NCBI GenBank assembly: GCA_937872535.1
Contig: CALMTC010000016.1
Span: forward strand, 41,081-105,080
From: an uncultured bacterium
GTDB taxonomy: Bacteria > Patescibacteriota > Gracilibacteria > Absconditabacterales > Absconditicoccaceae
Length of the DNA stretch: 64,000 bases
Direction: 5' to 3'
In this document: positions 24,016 to 36,344 of the stretch, in pieces
Layout: each line of letters begins with the position of its first letter
Position numbering within the stretch: position 1 is the first letter of the stretch
Made by a program: the position numbers and the translations under genes
The notes under the pieces: generated by a model
The model's input: the letters and a program-made list of their open reading frames with translations, nothing else
Databases searched by the model: none
Told to the model about the DNA's origin: nothing

Positions 24016-27000
24016 ATGAAATTTATTTTTTTATTGACTGACATGGGTGGTGATGCTAAAAAAAGTATAGAAGTTCTGGATAAGAAAAAATCAAATGTGT
24101 CTGAAAAGCAACTTGATAAAAAAGTTTCTCAGATTGATGTTTCAAAAAAAAATTTCGAAAAGGAACAACTAGATTTGAAGAAAAATGTCTGAGAAAATGA
24201 GGCTGATAAAAATAAGGAAGTTGAAAGTCATATCGTTATTACAGATTCACATCTTTGACAACTGGAGACGAAGATTGAGGTCGAAAAATGATCTGATGTG
24301 TTGAAAAAAGAGTTGCAAGATAGTACTGAGAAAAATGAAATTTTGGATGATGTGGAAAAACTTTGAGAATCTTTTGAAAAGGCTAATGTTGAGGCATTGG
24401 CTTTAAAAGTTTTAGAAGATCCTTCAAAAAAAATAGAGCAGTGTGATAAAGTTTTTGTTGAATCTTTTTCGATTTTTGTCTGATGGAATGTTATTGGATC
24501 GCTTTATAAAAATCTGATGATGAAGAGTAAATCTCGATCTTGAAGTATTGATGAGGTTTGATTTACTAAATATCTTGATTTTTACCCAGTAAAAACTGTT
24601 CAAGATTTAGAAAAATCTATGCTTGCTAGTGAAACGACGCTTTCTGAATCGGAAAAGAAAGTGATGAAATTTTTGGCAGGAGATTCAGTTTTTGCCAAAG
24701 AATATAGAGAGCAGAAATTTCCAGATATAGCTCAAACTATGCGTCAAAGTATGCCAGAGTTTGTTTCTGATTATAATAGAATGCATTCAGAGGGAGAGTG
24801 AATTTCTGATAAAATTAAAAATTCTGCTGGTTATCTTTGGGATGGAGCGAAGTGAGTTTTTGATAAGAATGAATGGGAGAAAAATCCTACTAAGGTGGCA
24901 CTTTGAACTGCTGCGGTTGTTGGATGAGCATATCTTGGTTATAAAACTATTAAAGGAATTTTTGACTGGTTTAGTTGAGATCCTGAAGAAAAAAAAGATC
25001 CTGAAAATGAAAAGAAAGAGAAAAAACAGAAAAAATCTTTTTTTTCTAAGATGACAGGAGCTTTGAAGCGATGATTACCTATCGCTGGTGGGGCTTTATT
25101 GATTAACTGGTTTTTGACCGGGAACTGAGTCGGTAGCATATGGGATGATCTTAAAAATTTCTTTGGTATCTGAGAGGCTCAGGATCCAAAAAAAGCTGCT
25201 TGAACTTCTTCAATGCCATGAGGAGTAGAAAAAACTTATGATTCACAAAAAGAATTGGCTGAAAAAAATCCTGAGATACAGCAAAAATTTTCTTATCTAG
25301 CAGAGTGAGTTAATCAGTTTTATGCGAGTATTTATGGGAAAAAAGAGTGAGGTAGTGACGATGAAATGCTTGGTGAGTCAGATTATGAAAAAGATTCGAT
25401 TTGAACAGTTCCTTATATGCTCAATTCTAGATATGCTACTGTCGGAGATATGCTCTCTGAAAATGCATTTTTTTATGAAATAGTTGGTAGCAATAGCAGC
25501 TTATTTTTTGATTCTCTGAAAAAAATGTGATTTGAGTGATTGAAAAAACTCTTGATGCCTTTAGCTGAATGAGTTGATTCAATGTCTTGGTGATTTATTA
25601 AAAGTGCTCAATCTTTGGAAAGCCTTATTGATAATCTTAAAGGGAAACAAAATGCCGAAGAAATTATTCGTATGGTTTTTAGAAAATCTCTCAAGGTGAT
25701 GGGCTATTTACAAACCAGAAAAAAAACTTTGAGTTATATATTGGCTCAAGAGTATCTGAAGAAAAATGATACTGAATTTACTCGTTTATCTTCTGAAGCT
25801 CAAAAAGAGAAAATACTTCAATCTTTACAGGATGAAAAATTTTATTCTGATAATATCCAAAAACAAATTGAAGAATTATTTTTGAATAAAAAACTTTTGT
25901 CTTGAGAGACTGGGAATTTGGATGGTGTGATAGTAACACTCGAAAAATATCACTTACTTGATGGGGAACTTGATGAACTTACTAAGGAAATTGTTCAAGA
26001 AGTTGATGAAAATAAAAAAAATATTCTCAAAGATGATGGAGAAGAGAACCTTATTGATAAACTTTCTGAAAAAATATCACAATGAAAACTTGAAGATGCT
26101 GATAAAAAACTTTCTAAAGATATGGTAGAAAAATTTCATCATCACATAAAAGATGTTGGAGCTAGAAGCTTTTATAGTACTGTTCTTTCGGGAGTCTGAC
26201 AGTTTATTAATACTGAAGATGCTTCTATGGAACAAATTCTTAAAGCGATGAATTATGAGTGATCCGTGAGAAAATATATTGATGGTTCACAAGAAATTTT
26301 AGCTAAAATACAAAATAATAGTGCTACTTCTGAAGATCTCAAAAAACTTCAAGAGCTTGTAGATGATTATTTTATGCTGGAAAAAGAGATAAAAGTTGGG
26401 GCAAATCAGATTGTTGATATAAAGCAGGATAATTGAAATTATATTGTGAGATGGGGATTTGGTGTTTTGAGATCGGGGACTGATTTGTTTAATTGAATTC
26501 AAATGGTGATTGATGGGAAACGAGTTAAAGGGTGAATGACTTTGGCTGGTGGGGCATTGACGCTTGATGTTTTGACTGCAGGAACTGTCTTGAAATGATA
26601 TCCTACTAAAGCTGCTTTATGGACTGGTAATGTAATTTTGAAACCTGCTTTGATGCTTACTTGAAATACTGCTTTTACTCTTTGAGCTCGTCTTCTTCCA
26701 GCTCGTTTTGCTGCTGAACTATACAAAGATGGTACGAGATTGAGCTATGCTGTGGCACATGGAGAGATTGATCTTGATAGAGCTTTGGCTATAGCTCAGA
26801 GAAATGGGCTATCTTTTTCGAGCTGAGCTAATGGGAAAGTGGCTACTAAGCTTGAATTGCTTGAAGCTTTGTTTCCATCTTCTGCTTCTAGTGGAGTAGA
26901 TTACAAAAAACTGGAGTATCTTTTTGAAAAATGTGGCAATAATAAAAATATAATGCAGAAAATTTTTGCTGAGAGTGGTTATGTTAATTACAATTGGATG

Positions 27001-29706
27001 AGTCCAAGAGACTGGTTGAAAGCTGATAAATCTAAAGTTCTTTTTAGAATTAAAAATGAAAACTTGGAAGAACTTTATGCTTTGATTCAAAAAATGGACT
27101 CGGCAGATGAAGTTTCTCAGAAGTTTTTTAAATGAGTTTTGTTAGATATTTCAGACGGTATCCAGTTAAAAAATATTTGAGATTGAATTGATAGTAAATA
27201 TGTGGAATATTTTGTTGAGAATTGAATTATAAAACCTGAAGAATTTGGTCGCTTGATCGCTTCTTATGCAGACCAGATTGATAATTTTGATGATTTTCAA
27301 CTGTTTATAGATGAGATGTATAAAGCTGGCAAAATAAACCAAAAAAATGGCACGGCTTTTTTCCGTAATACAATGAAAGATTGGAAAAATGTAAAAAATA
27401 TCTGGAAAAATAATGGTATTAAAGCTTTGGATTCTTTGGATTTGTGATTGACTAAGTCGGAAAAAATCCTGAATGTTTTTTGGAAAGGTATAGATAAGGC
27501 TAAATTTCATTTTTCTCAACTTTTGAATAGTCCAAAAATGCCTCAAACACTAAAGGGCTCAATTCAAAAATCATATCAGGGTCTTTCTCAGATTTCTCCT
27601 GATGTTCTCAATTCTCAAACTCTTCAAGCTTCAAAAAACTTTAAAGTATTTGGTGATCTTTCTAAACTCAAAAATATTGATATTGTCGAAATGAAAAAAA
27701 TTTCTACTCTGCTTCAAACTGATAAAAAAATAGCTCAGCTGTTAGCGAAAGCAAAAAATGTTTCTGAGGTAGAAAAAATCTTGGCTCAAAATGGAGTAAA
27801 TGCTAGTCGTATTGATTCTTTTGTGCTTGAGAAAATTTCGAAAAGTTGATCAACTCAAAAAGTTATGGATTGGGTTTTTTATGCTGCTGAGTCTGAAAAT
27901 CTTTCTAAACTTCAAACTGTTTTGAAACATCCATCTGCTAAGATGCTTGGTAGAGTGCTTATGAAAGTTTGAGTTTGAGCTGATTTTATTTTTGCAGGAT
28001 TGGACTTTAAAGATAACTTGGAAAAAACTCAACTGATGGCTGAGTATAATAAAGAAAGATCAGAAGTTATGAGTTCTCAGACTATTTTCGATCTTACGGT
28101 TCAATCAACTGGTGCAACTGCTGGTTTGGGAGCATTGCTTTTGACTGGTCCAGCTGGCTGGATAGCAGGTTGAGCTGCTGGTTTAGCTCTTTGATTGAAA
28201 GAGGTTGGTGATCTTTATTACGATCAACTCCATGAACATTATAAAAATTTTCAAGATTTTTCTCATCAATCAGTAGCACAAACCAAACAAAATATTGTGG
28301 CTTTGAATGCTTATGATGCCTCTATTGATCCTAGTTGGGGAGCTTTTCTGAAATGATGAATTGATAAAATTTCTGGTAAGACAGAACTTGAACAAAAACA
28401 TACTTATCAGACAGTTTCTGATGCTCTCAGAGCTTTGATTTTTATTGAAGAAACTCAAAAAAATCCTTTTTCTGCTCTTGATCTTAATAAATTTACAAAA
28501 GAGAATGATAAAGAATTGGCACAATCTATTAGCTCAGCAAAAAATAAGCGTGCTGAACAGGTTGAAAGAAGAATGAAATTTTTTGATCGTTATAAGGGTA
28601 AAAATCTGATCGATAAACAAGCTATTGAAAAAAATACTGGGCTTTCTCAGCTAGATATGTTGTTAGAACAGTCTCGTGATTTTGCATTGGGGATTGCTAG
28701 TGGTTATGAACTTGATGGCAAATTTTCTTATCGTGATGCTCTTCGCAAAAAACTTCATGAGACTGATAAGGAAGCTTTTGAATCTCTTGAAAAGAAACGT
28801 CATACTTATCCTCGTGAGTTTGTTGCCATGATTATGTGATTGAAAAATTATGAAGAACTTCTTGAACAAAATAAAGATACCCATCCTCAGTATCAGTTGA
28901 TGAGAAAAAATCTTGATTTCTTGAATGAGTATCTGAAATGGTGTCAGACTGAAAAAACTTTTGAGCAATCTCTTTCTCTTGTTCATTTGCAGGAAAGTGC
29001 CGAACTTATTGATTATTCACAAATAGAATATTTTTTGGAGAAATGGGATATGAAAAAAAGTCCGCTAGAAGCAGAAAATTTACAAGATCAGATGAAATAC
29101 TTTCAAAAAAAATCAGAAAAAAAACTTTTGAATGAGTATGGAGTTTCTGAAAGTGTTTGACATACTATTTTATTGAGAGTAGCTAAGGAGATTTATTCGT
29201 ACTCTGGTGAGCCAGATTTGAAATCACTTCATGAGTTTTTCTCTGAAAGAAATGCTCTTTATCACTGAATTTATTATGCTGATGGCTATTGGTGGGTAAA
29301 CGACGATTTTTGACTCGATGAGAAAATTTGTAGTGACCAGTGACTCAATGACTTAGATCAGGTCCGTGGTTTGCTGGATGAAATAGTTTGACAGGCTGAA
29401 AAAAGTGACTTTATAAGTTCTCATAGCGCTGAGATTCAGCTTAATATTGAAGTTTGAAAGCAGATAAAAAATATTTTTCATGAAGAATTGCGTTATAGGG
29501 AACATCCTCAGACTTATATCCAGCAGATCAAAGATTATATTGTTCACCATTCTTATTGAAAATATATTGAATTGCCCATAGATTTGGTGTGTTTAGCTGG
29601 TAGAGTCTGATTTGTTGGAGCTGGTGAAATGCTGTATTGCTGGGATGGTTCTAAGCTATTAACTACTGATGATTGAAAAAATAGTAAAAATCTTATTCAA
29701 TTTTAA
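24016..29706 (+). CDS. giant orphan membrane protein C1 (1896 aa)
   Basis: Eight track ORFs from 24619 to 29160 are all frame 1. I read every junction as TGA only, with no TAA/TAG until 29704-29706. There are several Gly/Ala-rich TM segments, for example at 28104-28196. The alternative start is ATG 24043. Confidence 0.7.
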
Positions 29707-30664
29707 TTCTCTTATTGCTGAACTGATGGACGAAAAAAATACTGCTTCTGTGGAAAATAACTCAGGATCTGAAAAAAAAGAGGCTGAAAAAGTTGTTCTT
29801 ACTAGTAAACAGGAACTAGACGCTTTGAAAAAAAATATTGATGACTCTAAGGATGATAAGGAAAAATTTGAAACAATGGTGGATTACGTGGCTTGAAAGA
29901 TTCTTAAACTCATGGTTTATGAAGCTATGCAGATTAAAGAAGTTGTTTGAGAATCAAATTCTACTATGTTTGAAGTTCTTGATTTTTTTGGTATCAATCC
30001 TATTGAAAGTGTTATTTCTGAACTACTTGATGATGGGGCTATGAGTAAAGTGTGATTAGCTTTTCTGAGAAAAAAATATACGAGCTCTGAGAGTATTAAA
30101 CTTCTTGATAGTATTGAAACGATAAAGGGTCAATTACCAACTCTTACTAATCTTGATGCTTGTGTGAAATTTGCTCAGAAGTATGATATTCCATTGCCTG
30201 ATGGTATGCTTTCAAAAACTTCTGAACAAGCTACTTGAACATCAGTGGAAACAGTTTCAAAGAATCCATTTATTGCAATGAGTGATGAATTGAAAGCTGA
30301 AAAACTTTCTCATTCTGTGATGGATTATTCTAAAAAACAAGACAAAAGTTCAGATATTTCTGGTTTGGTTTGATCTGGTATGCTTATGGATATAGAGAAA
30401 TCACTTGGTTTTTTACAAAAAAACTTCGTTCCAAATAATGAAATCTCCTTTAAGGATCTTACTAACTCAATTTCTACTAATGAATTAACTGTGTGAGATT
30501 GGATTATTACTGAAAAAGATGGTAAAAAATTTATTTATCTTCTTGTTGAAAAACCAAAAGATGGTAAAGTAAAAGTGGCTTGAAATGATCAACTTGTCGA
30601 TCTTTCTGCTGTTTCTTACGCTGGAAAGGTTGATTATCAAAAATTACAAGAAAAAACTTCATAA
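29669..30664 (+). CDS. orphan protein C2 (331 aa)
   Basis: Frame 2 is open from ATG 29669 to TAA 30662-30664 with several in-frame TGA. It overlaps the C1 end by 38 nt. An alternative in-frame ATG is at 29726. Confidence 0.55.
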
Positions 30665-30689
30665 AAAATTTATTTTCTGCTCAAAAACT

Positions 30690-31454
30690 ATGACATTTTA
30701 TTCACTAGATTCTCAAGAAAGAAAAACTAGCAATGCCGTTCTGGAGAAAGATGTTTCTCAAGAAACTACTCAGGCTTTGGAAGCTCATAAAGATGATGTT
30801 GTGAAGATGGCTGGTATAGTTGGTGCAGCTTTTTTGGCAGATAGTTTTTCTGATTCGAAACCAGAAGAGAAACTTTCGTGGAAAGAAAAATTGAAAAAAC
30901 AGTTTTCTAGGGAGAAGAAAAATACTGAAATTGTTGATAAAAATACTGAAAAGGTAGTAGAAAAAAAAGAAGAATCTCTTGCAGAGAAAAAGATTGTTTC
31001 TGCAGAGAAAAAAAATTCTTCAGATGATAAAGAAAATTTCAAGGATTTTGAGGCAATTGAATCATCTGGAATTTTATATCAAAATGGTTGTACTATGTGT
31101 TCTAGGACGGCTAGACTCGATGCAAAAAGTATTTTTGGTGTAGATTTACCATCAGGGAATGCTAGAGATAGTTTTTCAAATCCTATCTTGGATAAAGGTT
31201 TTCTCTGAACTGCAAAAGATTTTTCTCAGGATAGCTGAAATTTTGCTGATGTCTTGGTAGAACCACCAAAAATGAAATTTAGTGAATATGGTCATAGATT
31301 TATTGCTTTTCGTAATCAGAGGGATGGACAGTGGTATGGTATTGATCCTTATGTTCAACACCGTCAAGTAAAACCATTTTTGATAAAAGATTATTTTTGG
31401 AGAGATAGAATTATTAAAGTGAACTATTATGATTCTCCTATAAAAATTTCTTAA
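30690..31454 (+). CDS. transglutaminase-like (papain-fold Cys-His-Asp) domain protein C3
   Basis: Stitches 30585-31208 (from ATG 30690) and 31254-31454. The middle is K/E-rich. The C-terminal block is YQNGCTMCSRTARLDA...YGHRFIAFRNQRDGQWYGIDPY. This matches the transglutaminase-core pattern G-C...H-x-W/F...G-W-x-x-x-D-P. Confidence 0.55.
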
Positions 31455-31555
31455 TATTGTCGATTTTTACCTCTTTTTTGAGCATTATTTTAAATTTGCA
31501 TCGATGGTTTTTTTATATATAACCTCGGTGTTTTTTTTACTTATTTTTTAGAAAG

Positions 31556-32626
31556 ATGATGAGAGCTCAGAAGAAAAAGAGAGGAGTACTGAAGCGAGTT
31601 TTATTTTTTGTTCTTGTAGTAGGGTTACTTATTTTTTCTGCTATGAAACCAGTTTTTCTTATGAAGGAAGTTGTGGTCAAAAAATGAGATACTATGAGTC
31701 GTTTTTATCAAGAACTTCCTTGGTTTGATCAAATTTTTGTAAAAGCGTATCAAAAAGTTTCATGAGTGACTATGAAATCATTACAGCCTTGACTATATCA
31801 GTTTTCTGGTTTATATTCTAAGGTTGCATTTTTTAATGCGATCAATCAGTGACCTCAAAAATCGTATCAGCGTTTTACTGTTTTAGAATGATGGTCAATT
31901 TATGATGTGCAAAAAAGTTTGTCAGATAAGAAATTTGCTGATACTGATGAGTATTTGAAGTTTGTAACTGATGAAAAAATTATCCAAAAATATAGTGATC
32001 GTTTTGAGTTTTTAGCATTAGCAAGTGCAGAAAAAAAACTTTCTTCGTTAGAGTGATTTTTGTATCCAGATACTTATAATATTGATGTTTCTCAAGATTT
32101 TGTTGATCAGCTTGTTTATTTACAGCTTAGCTCTTTTGATACTAAGATTTGGCAACCTTTTTCTTCGCAAATTAATTACTTTTCTCGTTATCTTCAAGAG
32201 AGAGGGTATACTGTTGATTTAGATTTTTATCAGCTTCTGACTCTTGCTTCTGTGATAGAAAAGGAAGAAAGAAATAAAACAAATAAGCCTGTTATTGCTA
32301 GTGTTTTCTTGAATAGATTGAAACAAAATATGAGACTTGATGCTGATATTACACTTTGTTATGGACTTCAAAAACCTTATGAGGTTTGTACTCCGGCGTT
32401 TATTGCTGAGTGAATTTATGATGAAAAAAATCCTTATAATACAAGGCAACAATCTGGGCTACCTCCAACTCCAATTTCTAGCGTTTCTGAACAAACTTTT
32501 TCTGCTTTAATGAACTTTGAATCGTCTGATTATTTTTATTATCTTCATGATAGTAAGTGACAGATTTATTTTGGTAAAACTTATGAAGATCACAATTTGA
32601 ATAAAAGTAAATATCTAAACAACTAA
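31556..32626 (+). CDS. mltG: endolytic murein transglycosylase MltG (YceG family)
   Basis: Frame 2 is open with TGA as Gly. N-terminal TM segment. Motifs: LEGFLYPDTY, LASVIEKEE, LDADITLCYG, YNTRQQSGLPPTPISS. Stop is TAA 32624-32626. Confidence 0.85.
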
Positions 32627-32706
32627 AACACTTAGAAAAGCGTTGCTAATAGCTTTCTAGTTACTATACTTCCAGTAATTCTTTATATTTTCTTGGATGT
32701 ATCCCA

Positions 32707-33186
32707 ATGTGGAAGTGGAAAGAGAATTTGATGGCTTTTTGATTATCTCTTGTGTTTATGGTTGTGATTGTTTTTGTGATAAATAATGCCGTTCTTTTTC
32801 GTGCAGATATTTTACAAAGACCTGAAGAACTTCCATCACAAGAAATTTTAGCTGGAGATATTCGCTACGAGTTGGCTGATTGATTTTTGAGTATTTATAC
32901 TCAGAGAGACTTTCCTGTTCTTGATAGTTTGTCTCTTTATGTGATGTATGATCCAGAAAGATCAGCTCTCAAAAATTCTACTGTACAGACTTCTTTTGCT
33001 TATAGTTCTTCTTCTTTCAATGAAAATATGGTATCTTTTGTTTTTACAAGTCTGGGTACTTTGAAGGCAGATAGTTTGATTATGAAAATTTGATATTCTG
33101 GTGATCAGGAAGGATTGGTAGTGAGCAATGTTTCAGCTGTCTTTACTCAGGAATGATTTGAATCTTTGTCTGTTCATAGAAAATAA
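32707..33186 (+). CDS. small membrane-anchored hypothetical protein
   Basis: ATG 32707 in frame 1 includes track ORF 32887-33093. There is one N-terminal TM segment. Stop is TAA 33184-33186. Confidence 0.45.
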
Positions 33187-33209
33187 TTTTTATATTGTTT
33201 TGACCAGGT

Positions 33210-34847
33210 ATGAAATTTTTGAAAAAAAGTATAGCATTTATCTTTAGCTTTTTGGTGATTGGTGGTGTGTTTGCTGCTGATCCCTCAAATTTTTTGATAG
33301 AAGTAAAACCTAGTTCTTTTGCTACTTCTGAAGCTGTTGATATGACTATTCAGGCTGTTGGGTCTGATGGTAAGGTGGTTTCTTCTTATGAATGAGATGT
33401 TTTTATTGAGATCTTGGAATTAACTGATCCTGATGATTATGTTTTACCAAATGATGGAGTTTATAGTTTTTTACCTCAAGATCAGTGAGCGAAGACTTTT
33501 TCAAAGGGGCTGGTTATCAAGAAAGTTGGAACTTATAAGATTCGTATTGAAGATGTAATTAATGATAAAATAGTTGGTGAGGCTACAGTAATTGTCGGAG
33601 GTGGTACAGAGACTATTCCTCAAAATGTTCAGATTACTTCGCCACTTTGATGATGAACTGAAAAAAATAGCAGTGTAAATATTATTGGTTCTTCACCTTT
33701 CCCCAATAGTCCTTTGCAAATTTTTGTAAATGGGCAAAAGACAAAAGATGCCTATACTAGTGTTGATGGTTCATTTAGTATTTATGTCGATGGTTTCGCT
33801 AGCTGAGTAAATAATTTACAGGTGAAATTGGCTGATATCAATGGTAAAATAATTTGACAATCTGCTCAGACACAATTTTCTTATCAACCGTTAACTGATC
33901 AATTTTTTAAGAGTGTTATCTTGGATCCAGCTGTTGTGACTGGTTGACAGAAGACTATGATTACTGTCAATGTTGATAGTTCTGTTTCTTCAGCTGAACT
34001 TTTTCTTTCTAATGGAACTACTTTTCCACTTGATAAGATTGCAGAATGACAGTTTGGTAAAAATATTGAATTTTCAACACCTGGTGTAGCTTCTCTTGGT
34101 GTTTCATTGATGTCCAATGGTGTTAAAAAAAATTATGATTCTGTCGCTAGTATCCAAGTTTTGCAGCCTTTGACTATTCAGACTATGATCTATGAAGTAA
34201 AGATTGTCGTTGATCAGATGGATAAATCTAAGGTCTCATTGTCTTGGACTTCTAGTTGAAATGTTTCTCTTTCTGGTTATCGTTTTTCTTATGGAACGGA
34301 TAAAACGAATCTTGATAAAAATTTTATAGTGACTTGAAATTTTGCTTTATTGACTAATATTGAATCAGACACTGCTTATTATGCTCAGATTCAACCATTG
34401 AGCATGACTTGAGCGGTAGTTGGAGTTCCATCTGATCTTATTGTTATTGAACCTATTAAGCCTTCTGCACCGCTTTGTACTATCCAGTGAATTCAATTTT
34501 GGACAGAGAAAATTGATGATACTTATTTTTTGGTTTGGGATGAGGTTGAAAATGCTGATAAATATATTATTTATAGATCTGATTCCTTGACAGATGGTAT
34601 TGATGAAATGCAAAAAGTAGGAGAGACTTCTGATCTTAGATTTGAATATCCTTTTGATCCTACTACTAAAAATTATGAATATGCATATTATTCTGTTCAG
34701 GCTGTTTGTAGTGATGGGAATCTTTTACAAATTGATACTGTGAAAAAAGTACAAGTTGGTCCGTTTTTGAATATAATGTATGTTCTTTTTATTTCTGGAA
34801 TTTTGTATTATATGTATACTTTGTATAAGGACTCAAAAACTCTTTAA
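33210..34847 (+). CDS. secreted Ig-like/FN3-like repeat protein with C-terminal TM anchor
   Basis: Frame 0 was verified line by line from 33210 to TAA 34845-34847. Signal peptide MKFLKKSIAFIFSFLVIGGVFA. The body is beta-rich repeats. The C-terminus has FN3-like YIIYRSD...YYSVQAV, followed by the hydrophobic tail FLNIMYVLFISGILYYMY. Confidence 0.6.
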
Positions 34848-34868
34848 AAAGTTTTCTTTGCTTTAAAA

Positions 34869-34895
34869 AAGACGCCTAAGCGTCTTTTTTTTTAT
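34869..34895. terminator. bidirectional intrinsic terminator
   Basis: Stem AAGACGC / GCGTCTT with loop CTAA, flanked by an A-run and a T-run, between convergent genes. Confidence 0.65.
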
Positions 34896-36133
34896 TCTAT
34901 AGTGATTTCTGTTGAAAATATTTTTTGATTTTCGAGTGTTATTATGATTACTGATTTTCCTTTGTTTTGAGCAGAAAGAGAAATTTTTTGTATGCCGTTT
35001 GGTAGTATTTGGATAGAAGCTATATCTGGTTTTATACTATTGTTTGAACTTAAGATTGTTATAGGTTTAGGCAGAATTTTTGTTGATGATTCTTGTAAAT
35101 TTTTGTTTTCAATTTTAATTATTATTTCTGCTTTTTCTCATACTTTTATTTTGTTTGATTTTGGCTTTAATATAAAGAGTTTATTCTGACTTAATAGATC
35201 TTTTAAAGCTATGTTTGATGCATTGAATTGTATTTCTTGCCATTCTGCTGTTGTTTGTTCAGTATTTTTTTCTTCGTCATTTATAGTGGGTAGTACTGTT
35301 TCTGGGATTAGATTTTTATCAGATGAAACCACAAGTGTTTCGTTTATTACGAGTGATTTTTCAGAAAAATTATTTTCTATTAGTCTGATTGGATCATAGC
35401 TATTTTTTGCAAGTTCTGCTCTACAAAGTCCGTTATTGATTATGTAAACTTCGCCTTTTTCTAAATCTTTACAGTCTTTAAAGAAATATGCAGGTCTTCA
35501 TTTATTGTCTCTTTGGATTTCAAAGTTGAGATGATAACCTCCTAGTTGTCAAAAAACTCTTCCTGTATTTCCTACTTTTCAAATGAGAGATCATTGTGTT
35601 ATTTTTTGTCATTCTGTTACTAAAATTTCATCGAGATGAGCATAGATAGAATAGATAACCTCATTTTTATATCAATGCTTGATTTTAATAACATTTCCAT
35701 AAGCACTATTTCGTCATACTGAATATACTTCCCCATCTGCAATAGAATAAACTGGCGTTCCTCTTGCTGTGGCGATATCTATACCTGGGTGAGCTCCACT
35801 TCCGTTGTCTCGCTGGTTGGTATATGTTGCTCCTCGAAGCGTGGTTATAATTTCTTTATATCACTTTTTGTTTTCATAGTTTGAGAAATATGCATCGCGT
35901 ACAATTGGTAAGTCTTGTTTACAGTTTTCTGTCAATGTATCTCGATATTGAGTTCTACATTCAAGTTTGGAAACTTTTTTGATTGGATAGATAAATTGCT
36001 GGTATGCTCCTACCTCTGGAAATTTTGTAATAGATGCATCAGTCAATAAGCTTCCCATTATCATTGAAGCTAAAGTATATTTTGCCATACTTCGTATTTT
36101 TTTTGAATAATATTTAATTTTTTTTGTTCTCAT
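34892..36133 (-). CDS. M23 metallopeptidase
   Basis: Track ORFs 35861-36133 and 35138-35332 are in one frame. Motifs: GAHPGIDIATARGTPV, SAYGNVIKIKH, YAHLDE, GYHLNFEI. Stop is TAA 34892-34894. Confidence 0.8.
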
Positions 36134-36344
36134 TTTTAGATTTTTATTTCTAAATGTCTATATTTTATACATATTTATTATTTTTGTCAAATTTCTTGTG
36201 TTTTTTTAATGACAATGTGATTCTTAATATTATTGGCATTTATATGCTTTATTTTATTGTTTTTTGAAAAATTCTTGTTATTTTCTTTGCTTTTTAGAGC
36301 TTATTTTTCTATATTGCATCGTTTTATTTGTTATTTCTTATTCT

